The notes below the pieces were generated by a model. The model did not search any database. It was not told the DNA's origin and saw only the letters and a list, made by a program, of their open reading frames with translations. From assembly GCA_945901245.1 (NCBI GenBank), contig CAMDKY010000002.1, positions 11,443 to 75,442 of the forward strand: a stretch of 64,000 bases of DNA. The letters are read 5' to 3'. Source of the DNA: Polynucleobacter meluiroseus (GTDB lineage Bacteria > Pseudomonadota > Gammaproteobacteria > Burkholderiales > Burkholderiaceae). The translations under genes were made by a program, and so were the position numbers. Shown in pieces: positions 1 through 11,019 of this stretch. Position 1 is the first letter of the stretch. Every line of letters begins with the position of its first letter.

Positions 1-398
1 GATTCGATTTCATTGAGGAGTTTCATCGCTTCAATGATGCAGAGGGTTTGGCCCACCGTAACGATGTCGCCCACATTGACGAAATTAGGCGATTCCGGAT
101 TGGCTGCACGGTAAAAGGTTCCAACCATGGGGGATTTTGCAATGAATCCAGCGGCCGCAAGGGCGCTTTCTTCGGCAGCAGCTTGCTCCGCTGCCGTTGG
201 CGCTACAGGTGCGGGCGCAGTTACTGCAATAGGAGCCGGTGCTGCAGCTGCATACGTAATTGGCGTATTACTTTGTTGCCCTTGCGCGAGTTTTGCATTC
301 ACAATGCGAACCCGGTCTTCGCCTTCGTTGACTTCAAGCTCCGAAATACCTGATTCAGAAACCAAGTCGATCAGTGTTTTTAGTTTTCTCAGATCCAT
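1..398 (-). CDS. accB: Acetyl-CoA carboxylase biotin carboxyl carrier protein, 3'-truncated by the window edge
   Basis: Reverse-strand translation from the ATG at 398 reads [23 protein letters not shown]..., then an Ala/Pro linker, then ...[19 protein letters not shown] (the EAMK biotinylation motif). It lies directly downstream of aroQ, as in many proteobacteria. It is absent from the ORF track because no stop codon falls within the window. Confidence 0.85.
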   Translation of the reverse strand, partial: MDLRKLKTLIDLVSESGISELEVNEGEDRVRIVNAKLAQGQQSNTPITYAAAAPAPIAVTAPAPVAPTAAEQAAAEESALAAAGFIAKSPMVGTFYRAANPESPNFVNVGDIVTVGQTLCIIEAMKLLNEIE

Positions 399-438
399 GG
401 AGGTAGGTCCTTCTGGTAAAAAATGACAGGAAAGAAAA

Positions 439-891
439 TTACGATTGTTTGAGTTGCTGGCTGGCAGCTTGCAATGCCAGCGTATAGCCGATCGGGCCTA
501 GGCCGCAGATGACACCTTTTGCAATGTCGGACAAATACGAGTGCTTACGGAATTCTTCGCGTTGGTGAATATTGGATAAATGCACTTCAATGAAGGGAAT
601 TGCAACGCCAGCCAAAGCGTCCCGTAGGGCAACGCTGGTATGGGTAAAGCCGCCTGGGTTGATGATGATGAAATCAACCCCATCCTGTTTGGCTTTCTGA
701 ATGCAGTCAATTAACTCGCCTTCATGGTTGCTTTGAAAGGTATTAAGTAGTATTCCAGCGTCTTTTGCCTGGGACTCAAGCCCTTGGTGGATATCACTGA
801 GGGTGGTATGACCATAAACCTGCGGTTCGCGGCTACCCAATAGATTCAGGTTAGGACCTTGAATAACTAAAACTGACGGGTTTTTTGACAT
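439..891 (-). CDS. aroQ: Type II 3-dehydroquinate dehydratase
   Basis: 150 aa. The N-terminus [21 protein letters not shown] and the motif [18 protein letters not shown] are typical of AroQ. Confidence 0.95.
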   Translation of the reverse strand: MSKNPSVLVIQGPNLNLLGSREPQVYGHTTLSDIHQGLESQAKDAGILLNTFQSNHEGELIDCIQKAKQDGVDFIIINPGGFTHTSVALRDALAGVAIPFIEVHLSNIHQREEFRKHSYLSDIAKGVICGLGPIGYTLALQAASQQLKQS

Positions 892-1090
892 AGATCGCTA
901 ATTTTAGAAACAGTTGAGAACAGATGATGTCAGGCTGTTCAAATTCCTCGACGACGCTTTCTGCCGAATAACGAGGTACGCAAACGCGGAGTTGGATCGA
1001 TACAGCATGGGGTGAAGTATACCCTCTAGGCCGAGGGCAAAATCGCTAAATCCAGGAAAAAAAGATCCATTTTCTGCAAAATGAGTGAAA

Positions 1091-1112
1091 TTAGGCGATT
1101 TTAAGCGCCTAA
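1091..1112 (-). terminator. Candidate intrinsic terminator downstream of the TlpA-like gene
   Basis: Hairpin ttaggcg-N8-cgcctaa. On the minus strand it is followed by a T-rich stretch (tttcactcatttt). Confidence 0.35.
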
Positions 1113-1162
1113 AATTGCCTGAAATGCTGACTTATTCCTGATCTAAAACACAACTATTTTAT

Positions 1163-1690
1163 TTAAATAGTAGCTTTTATCTGCTTTCTGAGCTCATCTT
1201 CGCTTATCTTACCTAATTTCGTATTCGTCACTTTGCCTTTGGCATTGATGACGACGGTATAGGGAAGGGCGCCTTGGTTATTGCCCAAGGCCTTGCCAAT
1301 TTTACTACCCTGCAATCCACCCATGACAATAGGGTAAGAAACTAGGGTAGTTTCCAGAAATTGACGAATGTTGGATGGTGTATCGATGCCGATGCCGACA
1401 AATAAGACGTTTTTCGAGGCGAATTCATCCTGGAGATTGCTCAAAGCAGGCATTTCTTCAACGCATGGCGGGCACCAGGATGCCCAAAAATTCACCACTA
1501 GCACCCGGTTTTGCCATTCGGCAGTATTGACTGGTGTGTTGTCTGGTTTCATCCAGGGATTGGCGAGCAATGCGGCAACCGACTCATCACTCGCAGTGCC
1601 ATCACGGTAAATCCAACTTGCGGTGATGAGGCCTGCAGCAAGGGCGCCCAGGCTCATTCCGGTGATGATTCCCATTTGTCTTCGGTTCAT
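1163..1690 (-). CDS. TlpA/ResA-family periplasmic thiol:disulfide oxidoreductase
   Basis: WCPPC redox motif (FWASWCPPCVEEMP) and an N-terminal membrane anchor. The ORF track starts at a TTG at 1714; the ATG at 1690 (MNRRQMGIITG...) is more plausible. Confidence 0.8.
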   Translation of the reverse strand: MNRRQMGIITGMSLGALAAGLITASWIYRDGTASDESVAALLANPWMKPDNTPVNTAEWQNRVLVVNFWASWCPPCVEEMPALSNLQDEFASKNVLFVGIGIDTPSNIRQFLETTLVSYPIVMGGLQGSKIGKALGNNQGALPYTVVINAKGKVTNTKLGKISEDELRKQIKATI

Positions 1691-1716
1691 GCGCACTCCT
1701 TCGCTAAAATTCAATC

Positions 1717-3123
1717 ATGCATATACACATCTTGGGCATTTGCGGCACCTTTATGGGCGGCATCGCTGCCATCGCACGGCAGGCCGGCCACCGCGTAACA
1801 GGATGCGATGCCAATGTGTATCCGCCCATGAGTACCCAGCTCGAAGCCCAAGGCATTGAGCTTATCGAAGGATACTCCAGCGCGCAATTATCGCAACTGG
1901 GTAGCAAGCCGGATTTATTTGTGATCGGCAATGTGGTCTCGCGTGGCAATCCATTAATGGAGGCGATTCTCAATTTAGGATTGCCTTATGTCTCTGGCCC
2001 ACAGTGGCTGGGTGAGCAAGTACTCTACGGTAGACATGTTCTTGCGGTGGCAGGAACCCATGGCAAAACAACCACCTCAGCGATGCTGGCATGGATTTTG
2101 GAATTCAATGGCAAAGAGCCGGGCTATTTGATTGGCGGGGTGCCGCTGAACTTCACGGTCTCAGCACGGCTCGGTAAAAGTCCTTACTTTGTGATTGAGG
2201 CCGATGAATACGACACCGCCTTTTTTGATAAGCGCAGTAAGTTTGTGCATTACCGGCCACGTACTGCCCTGCTAAATAATTTGGAGTTTGATCACGCCGA
2301 TATTTTTGCTGATCTCGCTGCCATCGAAACCCAGTTTCATCACCTAGTGCGCACCGTGCCGAGTGAAGGATGTTTGGTAGTCAATGGTGCAGAAGCGTCA
2401 CTGGAGCGAGTGCTCGAGCGCGGTACCTGGTCGCCAGTAGCACGCTTTGGCATGGATAGCAATAACACGTGGTCGATGCAAGCCCATCCCAATGATGATT
2501 TCACGGTAATGCACGAAGGCAAAGAAGTCGCTACGGTTCATTGGGCGCCGGACTCAGGCGTGATGGGTCGCCATAATCAACTCAATGCCCTGGCGGCAAT
2601 TGCAGCGGCACAGCACATTGGCATTAGTCCACGCGAGGCTGCTAGCGCCTTAGCCCAGTTTAAAAATGTAAAACGCCGCTTAGAAACGGTTGGCCAGCAT
2701 AATGGCACCACGATCTACGATGATTTTGCACACCACCCCACGGCAATTACCACTACCCTCGATGGCTTGCGCCGACGCGTAGGCAAGGGCCGGATTTTGG
2801 CAGTGCTCGAGCCGAGATCAAACACCATGAAGCTGGGCATCATGAAGGCTCAGTTACCGGCAAGCCTAGAGGTAGCTGATCGCATTTATGCCTATGGCGC
2901 CGCTAGTGGCAAAGAGGCTTTGGGTTGGAATTTGGCGGAAGTGCTGAGTCCCCTAAATCAGGATCAGCCGGGACGCGCATACGCATTTGATGATTTAGAA
3001 GCGCTGGTGAGCGCTGTCGCAAAGGAAGCCAGGCCAGGCGATCACGTATTGGTCATGAGTAATGGTAGCTTTGGCGGTGTGCATCAAAAATTACTGCAAG
3101 CCATGATGGCAGCAGCAAACTAA
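1717..3123 (+). CDS. mpl: UDP-N-acetylmuramate:L-alanyl-gamma-D-glutamyl-meso-diaminopimelate ligase (murein peptide ligase)
   Basis: 468 aa. N-terminus MHIHILGICGTFMGGIA; Mur-ligase P-loop GTHGKTTT; EADEYDTAFFDKRSKF is typical of Mpl. Confidence 0.9.
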   Translation: MHIHILGICGTFMGGIAAIARQAGHRVTGCDANVYPPMSTQLEAQGIELIEGYSSAQLSQLGSKPDLFVIGNVVSRGNPLMEAILNLGLPYVSGPQWLGEQVLYGRHVLAVAGTHGKTTTSAMLAWILEFNGKEPGYLIGGVPLNFTVSARLGKSPYFVIEADEYDTAFFDKRSKFVHYRPRTALLNNLEFDHADIFADLAAIETQFHHLVRTVPSEGCLVVNGAEASLERVLERGTWSPVARFGMDSNNTWSMQAHPNDDFTVMHEGKEVATVHWAPDSGVMGRHNQLNALAAIAAAQHIGISPREAASALAQFKNVKRRLETVGQHNGTTIYDDFAHHPTAITTTLDGLRRRVGKGRILAVLEPRSNTMKLGIMKAQLPASLEVADRIYAYGAASGKEALGWNLAEVLSPLNQDQPGRAYAFDDLEALVSAVAKEARPGDHVLVMSNGSFGGVHQKLLQAMMAAAN

Positions 3124-3144
3124 AACAACATAGAAAGCATTTTT

Positions 3145-3879
3145 ATGCCAGCACGATTACAAGACAAGATTGCCATCATTACCGGTGCGGCCAAAGGCAT
3201 TGGTTTGGCTACTGCAATGCGCTTTGCCGAGGAGGGTGCGAAAGTCATGCTGGCCGACATCAATCTGGCTGAGCTTGAAAAGTGTGCCGCGCAGATTCCG
3301 AATGCGGAAGCGTATGCCATGAATGTGACCGATCGGGATAGCATTCAGGCGGCAGTCGATGCCATTATGAAAAAGTATGGCCGCATTGATGTATTGATTA
3401 ATAACGCGGGCATTACCCAAGATGCACGCCTCGTGAAGATGACTGAAATGCAATTCGATGCAGTGATTGATGTCAATCTCAAAGGCGTTTTTAATTGCAC
3501 TCAACTGGTGGTACCGCACATGCTGGAAGCCAAACGCGGCGCTATTGTGAATGCCTCCAGCGTAGTGGGTTTGTACGGCAACTTTGGTCAGACCAATTAC
3601 TCGGCAACCAAATTTGGCGTGATTGGCTTTACTAAAACGTGGGCGCGTGAGCTCGGCCCAAAAGGCATTCGAGTCAATGCCGTTTGCCCCGGTTTTGTGG
3701 GTACTGAAATGGTGATGGCAATGCCAAGCGCCATTTTGGAAGACATTGCGAAACGCACCTGGATGGGACGCCTTGGCACTCCTGATGAAATTGCCAATGT
3801 GTATGTATTTTTAGCTAGCGATGAGGCTAGCTACATTAATGGCAGTACCCTCGAAGTTAGCGGCGGGATCTCCCTTTAA
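3145..3879 (+). CDS. Short-chain dehydrogenase/reductase, FabG-like 3-oxoacyl reductase
   Basis: TGAAKGIG cofactor motif, NNAG, and the Y-x3-K catalytic signature (YSATKFG). Confidence 0.8.
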   Translation: MPARLQDKIAIITGAAKGIGLATAMRFAEEGAKVMLADINLAELEKCAAQIPNAEAYAMNVTDRDSIQAAVDAIMKKYGRIDVLINNAGITQDARLVKMTEMQFDAVIDVNLKGVFNCTQLVVPHMLEAKRGAIVNASSVVGLYGNFGQTNYSATKFGVIGFTKTWARELGPKGIRVNAVCPGFVGTEMVMAMPSAILEDIAKRTWMGRLGTPDEIANVYVFLASDEASYINGSTLEVSGGISL

Positions 3880-3880
3880 T

Positions 3881-5950
3881 ATGCACCTTCTTTATGAGGA
3901 AGGCGGCGACATTAAAGCCGCTACGGTGCAATCGACCACTGGCGAGGGTGATGCCCAGTCATGGCAGGCAACGGGTCTGTCTGGCAAGAAACTTAAGCTG
4001 AAGGCCAAAGAAGTTTGGTTGCGCTTTGAAAAGCCCGATGCACAAAGCATGATGGATGAAGCCAATGCCTTGGCTGCTGAGATTGATTTGCAACTGCTGT
4101 GGGATTGTGCCCCCGAAGGGGAGTTTGCGTTTACTGATATCGCTTCAGAATATTTTGGTGACCAGGTTAGCGCAGCACAACAGGCTGCATTGGCGATTGC
4201 CTTGCAATCAGCGCCCGTGTATTTTCGGCGCAAGCAGCGCGGTCGATTTATGCGCGCCCCCAAAGAACAACTCGATGCTGGCATTGCCGCACTCGAGCGC
4301 AAGCAGCGTGAACAAGAGCAGCAGGGTCAATGGCAAGCAGAGTTAGTCGCAGGACGGTTTCCAGAAAGCTTGCTATCGCAAGCCAAACAACTCCTCTTTA
4401 ATCCCGATAAAAACACCCTAGCCTATAAAGCATTTTTAGCGGCCTGCAATGAGACCGGTGAATCACCCCCGCAATTGATGATGCGTTGCGGCGCCTTGGA
4501 GTCACCGCTGGCTTATCACCAAGGGATGTTTTTAAAAGCGAACTTTCCGAACGGTGCAGGCCACCATGCCGATGCCGCGATTGCTGATGCCGTTTATGAC
4601 GCAGCGATTGCAGCACTACCTACCGCTGCAGTTCAGGCCTTTTCGATTGATGATGCTGCTACTACCGAAATTGATGACGCGCTGTCGGTCACGGCCTTGC
4701 CTGATGGGGGTCACCGCATCGGCGTGCACATCTCTGCCCCGGGCCTGGTGATTGGTAAGGATGATTTGCTGGATCAGGTCGCGCGGGCGCGTATGTCAAC
4801 GGTGTACATGCCAGGCGACAAAATTACGATGCTGCCCGATGCGGTGATTGCACTTTTTTCCTTGGATGCCGGCAGTGCCAGGCCGGCAGTATCGATTTAC
4901 GTTGATATCGATGCGCAGGGTAATTTAATCGATCAGTCAGCGCAAACGCGAATTGAATTAGTACCAATTGCTGCCAATTTACGCTTAGAGCATTTAGAAG
5001 AATCCGTTAATCAGTTTGCTGATCCAGACTATGTTGCAAAGGCTGACAATCCCTTTGCATTCCAAAATGAATTACTGATCCTGTGGCGCGCAGCACAAAA
5101 ATTGCATGCGAAGCGCCAGGAGCAGCGGGCAAAAAATGGCTTACGAGTAGAGCAGCTCGGCGTTGTTGATCCCAATGCCCTGCAACGCGATTTTCAGTTT
5201 CAGATTAGCCAAGTCGATGGCGTAGAGCGGGTTGAGATCCAGCCGCGATCACGGGGTTCGGTATTGGATACCATCGTCGCGGAGTGGATGATTTATTGCA
5301 ATAGCACTTGGGGGCAGTGGCTGGCAGATCAAGGTTTGCCGGCTTTATTTCGAACGCAGAAAGGCTGGGGCCCACAACGGACGCGTATGCAAACCACACC
5401 AGCACCACACGAAGGCTTGGGTTTGGAGTATTACGCCTGGTGCACTTCGCCTTTGCGGCGCTATTCGGATTTAGTGAATCAGTGGCAATTGATTGCCTTG
5501 GCCAAGCATGGCGTCACGGCAAAAATGGTGGCGCCGTTTCAGCCGCGCGATGCCAGTCTAATGGGGATTGCCGCTGATTTTGAAACCTGCTATCAGTCCT
5601 ATGCCGAGTACCAAGATCGCCTAGAGAAATACTGGTGTCTGCGGTGGTTGGCGCAGGAGCCGCTACCGCGCACCGTCTTTGCGCGCCACCTCAAAGAGGG
5701 GATGAGTAGGCTAGAGAGTGTTCCGCTGCATTTGCCGATACCTGAACTCGCATCGCATCCCCGCATGACCCGTGCCGAGATTGCTATTTTAGAAACTGAT
5801 CTGCTGCAACTGAGTGCCAGCGTACGCGTAAACCAGATTGAAAAATCCGAATCCGCTCCATCAGAAATGGATGCGTCCGAAGTAGATGCACTAGAAGCCG
5901 AGCCACCATCGGTAGATCCAGCCCCAGTAGGCGATACGCCGATTGCGTGA
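3881..5950 (+). CDS. RNB-domain exoribonuclease (RNase II/R family)
   Basis: The SIDDAATTEIDDALSV and SPLRRYSDLVNQ motifs are typical of the RNB catalytic domain. The ORF track begins at 3821, overlapping the SDR gene; the ATG at 3881 (MHLLYEEGG) is preferred. Confidence 0.75.
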   Translation: MHLLYEEGGDIKAATVQSTTGEGDAQSWQATGLSGKKLKLKAKEVWLRFEKPDAQSMMDEANALAAEIDLQLLWDCAPEGEFAFTDIASEYFGDQVSAAQQAALAIALQSAPVYFRRKQRGRFMRAPKEQLDAGIAALERKQREQEQQGQWQAELVAGRFPESLLSQAKQLLFNPDKNTLAYKAFLAACNETGESPPQLMMRCGALESPLAYHQGMFLKANFPNGAGHHADAAIADAVYDAAIAALPTAAVQAFSIDDAATTEIDDALSVTALPDGGHRIGVHISAPGLVIGKDDLLDQVARARMSTVYMPGDKITMLPDAVIALFSLDAGSARPAVSIYVDIDAQGNLIDQSAQTRIELVPIAANLRLEHLEESVNQFADPDYVAKADNPFAFQNELLILWRAAQKLHAKRQEQRAKNGLRVEQLGVVDPNALQRDFQFQISQVDGVERVEIQPRSRGSVLDTIVAEWMIYCNSTWGQWLADQGLPALFRTQKGWGPQRTRMQTTPAPHEGLGLEYYAWCTSPLRRYSDLVNQWQLIALAKHGVTAKMVAPFQPRDASLMGIAADFETCYQSYAEYQDRLEKYWCLRWLAQEPLPRTVFARHLKEGMSRLESVPLHLPIPELASHPRMTRAEIAILETDLLQLSASVRVNQIEKSESAPSEMDASEVDALEAEPPSVDPAPVGDTPIA

Positions 5951-5966
5951 GGGCAGCTACGTGCAA

Positions 5967-6824
5967 ATGCGCTTGAACGATCGTTTGCATTGGTGGTGGC
6001 GTCACCATCCTTTTTGGTTTGCCCTGCTTTTATCATTGGGCGTACATGCCATTTTCCTATCCATCCGTTGGGGTTACGGAGAAATCCAAGAGCGCAGACT
6101 CAATACGCCATTAAGTGTGGTGCTGGTCAATTCCAGCAGTCAAACGCCACCCAAAAAGGCAGTCAAACTGGCGCAGGCGGATTTACAAGGTGGCGGAGTT
6201 ACCTTGGATCAAGACGCCAGTGCGATTCACCGAGCGCGTTTGAGTGCAGAAGCCCAGCTCGAGGTCTTAGAAAAGAATCAAAAGCAGATGCTCTCGCGCA
6301 TGCAGGCTGAAAAAGATGCTGCCGCAGGTCGGCGTAGCGGCGAAGAGCAACGGGTCGTCTCGCAGCTCAATGCCTTAGAGGCAGAGTTAGCCAAACGCAT
6401 TCAGGCCAATGGCAAAGAGCCGCGCAGGGCGGTGTTGACAGCCAGCAGCACAAAAGCAGTAGTCTTTGCCAGCTATTACGATGCGATGCGGCAAAAGATT
6501 GAGGCATACGGCAGTACGTTTTTCCCCCGCGTCAATGGCAGGCCGCTCTATGGCAGCGTGGTGCTGGTCGTCAGTGTCGATGCCCAGGGAAAAATTGCCA
6601 ACAGCAGCAGTGGCAAGGAAGGCGTTGAGGTACGCCGCTCCTCGGGTATCGCTGACTTAGATCGTCAAGCAGTCGCCATTGTGCGGGCCGCAGCGCCCTA
6701 CGGGCCTTTTCCGCCGGAGATGCGTAAGCAAATCGATGTGCTCGATTGGGTGTCCACCTTTGAGTTCACGCGGGATGGTGCGATCAATCGGTCTGAGGGT
6801 AATCGTTTGGAATTGCGTCCATAG
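5967..6824 (+). CDS. TonB-C-terminal-like membrane-anchored protein
   Basis: N-terminal TM segment (FWFALLLSLGVHAIFL), a coiled-coil middle region and a C-terminal TonB_C-like segment (...GSVVLVVSVDAQGKI...SSGIADLDRQAVAIVRAAAPYGPFP). Start is uncertain (5943 or 5967). Confidence 0.5.
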   Translation: MRLNDRLHWWWRHHPFWFALLLSLGVHAIFLSIRWGYGEIQERRLNTPLSVVLVNSSSQTPPKKAVKLAQADLQGGGVTLDQDASAIHRARLSAEAQLEVLEKNQKQMLSRMQAEKDAAAGRRSGEEQRVVSQLNALEAELAKRIQANGKEPRRAVLTASSTKAVVFASYYDAMRQKIEAYGSTFFPRVNGRPLYGSVVLVVSVDAQGKIANSSSGKEGVEVRRSSGIADLDRQAVAIVRAAAPYGPFPPEMRKQIDVLDWVSTFEFTRDGAINRSEGNRLELRP

Positions 6825-6894
6825 GTGGGTACACCTGCCGCTTTATTCGATACACTCATACCATGCAGTCTAATATCATTTTATTGAGTTAAAG

Positions 6895-7812
6895 ATGAGT
6901 AAGCCCTCTGAAATGCAAATCAATCCCGCTGATTTTTCAGGAGAGGATGTGTATGCGGTTGCGGGTAATCCCATTGCCCACAGCAAGTCACCTGCGATTC
7001 ATCGGCGTTTTGCGCAGCAAACAGCGCAAGCCATGCATTACGGCACACTCATGCCGGAGCTGGGTGAGTTTGCGAAAGTAGCAAAAGCTTTTTTTGCTGC
7101 CGGCGGTAAAGGCATGAACGTCACGGTACCGTTTAAGCTGGATGCACATGCATTAGCGGACGTCTTGACGCCGCGCGCAAAACTTGCTGGCGCAGTAAAT
7201 ACCCTCTGGCAACACGAGGGGCTGCTCTATGGCGACAATACCGACGGTACTGGTCTGGTGCGTGACTTGCAGGCTCAAGGCATTGCGCTCAGCAATGCAT
7301 CGATTTGCATCTTGGGCGCAGGCGGCGCAGTGCGCGGGGTACTAGGTCCATTAATCGAGCAAAAGCCCCAATCGATCATCATTGCCAATCGATCGATCGA
7401 TAAAGCACAGGATTTACAACAAGCCTTTCAGGCCATGGCAGATGCCCATGGCGTACTACTTGCGGTATGCCCAATCGATGCACTAGGGAGCCAGCCAAAG
7501 CATGCCGCAATTGATTTGATCATAAATGCGACTGCTGCTGGCCTAAGTAATGACTCTCCGCTCAGCGATGCGATCGCGCAACAAATTCTTAGACCTACCG
7601 TATTTGCCTACGACATGGTCTATGGAAAAATCACCCACTTTATGCAGCAGGCCATCAATCAGTGTTGCCGCGTAAGTGATGGATTGGGCATGCTGGTAGA
7701 GCAAGCAGCCGATGCGTTTTTACTCTGGCGCGGAGCAGCGCTTGCTCAGCAATTAAATGCGCGGGCGGTTTTAGATGAGCTGCGTAAAGAGCTTGCTGCC
7801 AAAGCACCGTAG
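6895..7812 (+). CDS. aroE: Shikimate dehydrogenase
   Basis: [20 protein letters not shown] and GDNTDG motifs. Confidence 0.9.
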   Translation: MSKPSEMQINPADFSGEDVYAVAGNPIAHSKSPAIHRRFAQQTAQAMHYGTLMPELGEFAKVAKAFFAAGGKGMNVTVPFKLDAHALADVLTPRAKLAGAVNTLWQHEGLLYGDNTDGTGLVRDLQAQGIALSNASICILGAGGAVRGVLGPLIEQKPQSIIIANRSIDKAQDLQQAFQAMADAHGVLLAVCPIDALGSQPKHAAIDLIINATAAGLSNDSPLSDAIAQQILRPTVFAYDMVYGKITHFMQQAINQCCRVSDGLGMLVEQAADAFLLWRGAALAQQLNARAVLDELRKELAAKAP

Positions 7813-7829
7813 TTCAAATACTGCCACTC

Positions 7830-8570
7830 ATGCGCTGGATCGCCTATCCGATTAAATGCTTTTTATTTGGCATTATTGCAATGCAGATTTATTTTGCTGT
7901 GCAAATTGCAGCGTGGGCTTTTGTTGACCCCAGTACTACAGCATTTCAGCGCGCGGAGCGCTGGCGTTTGTGTACTTGGCATTGGTCCTGCCCGATCGAA
8001 TCGCGTTGGGTGCCTTATGACGCTATTTCATCCAGTCTCAAGCGAGCTGTTCTAGTGAGCGAGGATGACATTTTTTTTCAGCACCCCGGTGTGCGTGTGA
8101 GCGACATGCAAAAAGCATGGGAGAAAAATCAAAAGCAGGCGAAGAATAAAAAAGCTCCTGTGCTACGGGGCGGCTCGACCATTACTCAGCAACTGGGTAA
8201 GAATCTTTTTTTATCGTCCGAGCAGCATTACGTACGTAAGGCGCAAGAGCTCGTGATTACTGGTCTGTTGGAGTTAATTCTGAGCAAAGAGCGCTTATTC
8301 GAGATTTATCTAAACTCAGTCGAGTGGGGTGAGGGTATTTTTGGTGTGGGTGCTGCCGCAAAACATTATTTTGTAACGACACCCCAGCAACTAGACCGCG
8401 AACAAGCAGCAAGTTTGGCTTCAGCGCTGCCCGCGCCCAAGTGTTTTGATAAGGCGCAGTATTGCCGCAGAGGCAGAATTGATTATGGCGCCCGCCAAGA
8501 ATTTATCCTCGCCAATATGGAACGCATTGCGCTGCCAAAAGATGCAAAGCAAATAAAGCAAATAAAGTAA
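7830..8570 (+). CDS. mtgA: Monofunctional peptidoglycan glycosyltransferase
   Basis: GT51 motifs SEDDIFFQHPG and RGGSTITQQLGKNLFL, plus a single N-terminal TM segment. Confidence 0.9.
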   Translation: MRWIAYPIKCFLFGIIAMQIYFAVQIAAWAFVDPSTTAFQRAERWRLCTWHWSCPIESRWVPYDAISSSLKRAVLVSEDDIFFQHPGVRVSDMQKAWEKNQKQAKNKKAPVLRGGSTITQQLGKNLFLSSEQHYVRKAQELVITGLLELILSKERLFEIYLNSVEWGEGIFGVGAAAKHYFVTTPQQLDREQAASLASALPAPKCFDKAQYCRRGRIDYGARQEFILANMERIALPKDAKQIKQIK

Positions 8571-8576
8571 GCGGTT

Positions 8577-9422
8577 TTATTGAGCGCTTGCAGTTCGCAG
8601 CGCATCGCGCGTTTCGATGGCAACAACGCGCGCTGCTTCTGCAAAATCAGTTCCACTACTCGCATACAAAATCGCCCGCGATGAATTAATCATCATTCCA
8701 GTGCCAGACTTTCCTGGAATATGACCCGCCTTGACGGTGGCTTTGAGATCGCCGCCTTGAGCCCCAATCCCCGGAATGAGCAGTGGCATTTCGCCCACGA
8801 TAGCCCTTACCTTGGCGATTTCATCGGGGAAGGTAGCGCCCACCACGAGGCTAATTTGACCGTCGTTATTCCATTCCTTGGCGGCTAGGGTAGCGACGTG
8901 CAAATACAGTGGCTGGCCATTGCTTGCGATATTTAAGAACTGCAAATCAGAGCCTCCTGGATTGGAGGTACGGCACAGGATAATCACGCCTTTGCCTGGG
9001 TGTTTGAGGTAGGGCTCGATCGAATCACGCCCCATGTAGGGGTTGACGGTAACGGCATCGGCGCCATAGCGCTCAAAGGCTTCGAGGGCGTAGTGCTCTG
9101 CTGTGCTACCAATATCGCCGCGCTTGGCATCGAGAATTACCGGAATGTGCGGATAGCGGTCTTTGAGGTGTTGGATGAGTTTTTCCAGCTGACTCTCAGC
9201 CCCTTGGGAGGCGAAGTAGGCAAACTGGGGCTTAAAGGCGCACACCACATCGGCGGTGGCATCGGCAATATCGCGGCAGAACTCAAAAATCCCCAAGGGT
9301 TTGCCGCCCGTGGAAGCGGGCATGCGCTTGGGGTCGGGGTCAAAGCCAACGCACAACATGCTGCCTTGCGAAGCCCATGCAGACTGGAGTTGCTGGGTAA
9401 AGGTGTTTTGGCTTGAGTTCAT
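8577..9422 (-). CDS. pyrF: Orotidine-5'-phosphate decarboxylase (type 2)
   Basis: [21 protein letters not shown] and [10 protein letters not shown] motifs. The ORF track extends to 9572, which would overlap corA; the ATG at 9422 (MNSSQNTF) is preferred. Confidence 0.85.
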   Translation of the reverse strand: MNSSQNTFTQQLQSAWASQGSMLCVGFDPDPKRMPASTGGKPLGIFEFCRDIADATADVVCAFKPQFAYFASQGAESQLEKLIQHLKDRYPHIPVILDAKRGDIGSTAEHYALEAFERYGADAVTVNPYMGRDSIEPYLKHPGKGVIILCRTSNPGGSDLQFLNIASNGQPLYLHVATLAAKEWNNDGQISLVVGATFPDEIAKVRAIVGEMPLLIPGIGAQGGDLKATVKAGHIPGKSGTGMMINSSRAILYASSGTDFAEAARVVAIETRDALRTASAQ

Positions 9423-9494
9423 TGGACTTGAGTTTATATTCGCAAAGCTGTCATTATCTATAGGATAAACTAGCGCATTCCCTAGGAGTTCACC

Positions 9495-10460
9495 ATGATT
9501 AACTTGTTCGTCCTGCAAAATGGCCGCCTCTCCCAAGAGCAAGTCGAAGATCGCAACGAGCTCCTGCAGCACGTTAACCCAATCTGGATTGACGTCATTG
9601 ACCCCGAAGAAGAAGAATTAATCTGGATTAAAGAGGCTTTTGGCGTACTTTTGCCTGAATTGGATGATTTAGGCGACTTGGAGGCGTCGGCCCGCTACTT
9701 TGAGGCGGACGATGGCCATATGCACATTCGGACCGATTTTCTGCTGGATGAAGAAGAGATCTCACGCAACGTCCGGGTTGCGTTTGTGATGACCAAGCAA
9801 GTGCTGTTCTCGATTCACGATGAAGATTTGCCGGTATTCCGTTTGGTCCGTTTACGTGCCCGTCTGCGCCCTGGTTCGGTGAGTAATGCCAAGGACGTTT
9901 TATTGGACCTCTACTCAACCGATGCCGAGTATTCGGCCGATGCGCTCGAGGAAGTCTATGAGAACTTAGAGCAGGCCGGTAAGCGCGTGCTCTCCGATGA
10001 GATTAGCGATAAAGATGCTGCCGAGGTACTCGAGACGATTGCCAAAGAAGAGGACACTAACGGCCGCATTCGCCGTAATGTGATGGATACCCGCCGTGCC
10101 CTATCGTTTTTGATGCGCAGCAAATTACTATCGGATGAGCAGCAAGAAGAAGCGCGGCAAATTTTGCGTGACATTGACTCCCTGGAGAATCACACCGCAT
10201 TTTTATTCGACAAGATTAACTTTTTGATGGATGCGACCGTCGGTTTTATTAATTTGAACCAAAGTAAGATCATCAAGATCTTCTCGGTGGTATCAGTGGC
10301 CTTAATGCCACCCACCTTACTTGCCAGCATTTGGGGAATGAACTTCCAGCACATGCCCGAGCTCACTGAAACCTGGGGCTATCCAGTAGCCATTCTATCG
10401 ATGGTTATTTCAGCGATTCTTCCGCTGAGCTTCTTCCGTCACAAAGGGTGGTTGGGTTAA
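9495..10460 (+). CDS. corA: CorA magnesium/cobalt transporter
   Basis: GMNF signature ([11 protein letters not shown]) followed by the final TM helix; typical length of 321 aa. Confidence 0.9.
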   Translation: MINLFVLQNGRLSQEQVEDRNELLQHVNPIWIDVIDPEEEELIWIKEAFGVLLPELDDLGDLEASARYFEADDGHMHIRTDFLLDEEEISRNVRVAFVMTKQVLFSIHDEDLPVFRLVRLRARLRPGSVSNAKDVLLDLYSTDAEYSADALEEVYENLEQAGKRVLSDEISDKDAAEVLETIAKEEDTNGRIRRNVMDTRRALSFLMRSKLLSDEQQEEARQILRDIDSLENHTAFLFDKINFLMDATVGFINLNQSKIIKIFSVVSVALMPPTLLASIWGMNFQHMPELTETWGYPVAILSMVISAILPLSFFRHKGWLG

Positions 10461-10470
10461 TCACGTCGAT

Positions 10471-10989
10471 TCAAGCAATCGTTTGCAGTAATCCCCGCAA
10501 TGCAAAGACTACGGCTTGTTGCCGAATGGATTGACGGTTACCTAAAAAGTATGCAGTAGTTGTGGTGATGTGATTATTTGCATCGGATTTTTTCATCGCC
10601 CAGCCGAAGCACACGGTTCCTACGGGCTTCTCTGGTGTGCCGCCGCTAGGACCAGCAATGCCTGTAATCGAAATCGCTGCAGTGACGCCACTACTGATTT
10701 GCGCTCCTGAGACCATGTCACGGGCTACTGCTTCGCTGACCGCACCTTCGCTTTCAATCAGGCTTGGCGAGACCTGCAAGCAGGCTGTTTTTGCAGCATT
10801 ACTGTAGGTTACAAAGCCGCGCTCAAACCACTGACTCGATCCTGCCAAGTCCGTTAGGCTGGCTGCGAGTAGCCCACCCGTACAAGACTCCGCTACCGCA
10901 AGAGTCCACCCGCGCTGACTGAATGCAGTTGCGACTGCGCCGGTTAACTCATCGAGCTCAGCTGCTGTTGATGGAGAAGAAGTTTGCAT
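10471..10989 (-). CDS. CinA C-terminal domain protein (nicotinamide-nucleotide amidohydrolase PncC-like)
   Basis: LAVAESCTGGLLA and GFVTYSNAAK motifs. Confidence 0.8.
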   Translation of the reverse strand: MQTSSPSTAAELDELTGAVATAFSQRGWTLAVAESCTGGLLAASLTDLAGSSQWFERGFVTYSNAAKTACLQVSPSLIESEGAVSEAVARDMVSGAQISSGVTAAISITGIAGPSGGTPEKPVGTVCFGWAMKKSDANNHITTTTAYFLGNRQSIRQQAVVFALRGLLQTIA

Positions 10990-11019
10990 GCAATACCTTG
11001 TGAATGGATCGCCCTGAAA

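Noticed and set aside
48-426. Plus-strand ORFs 48-353 and 127-426 (Ala/Gly/Cys-rich translations)
   Set aside because: They lie antisense to a clear accB reading frame whose translation has the biotinyl-lysine motif. Their low-complexity content mirrors the accB Ala/Pro linker.
3821-3880. 60-nt N-terminal extension of the RNB-domain ORF
   Set aside because: It overlaps the 3' end of the SDR gene. The internal ATG at 3881, which overlaps the last base of the SDR stop codon, gives a sensible N-terminus.
9423-9572. 50-codon N-terminal extension of the pyrF ORF
   Set aside because: It would overlap the divergently transcribed corA start (9495). The extension has no family-like sequence, whereas the ATG at 9422 begins the conserved region.
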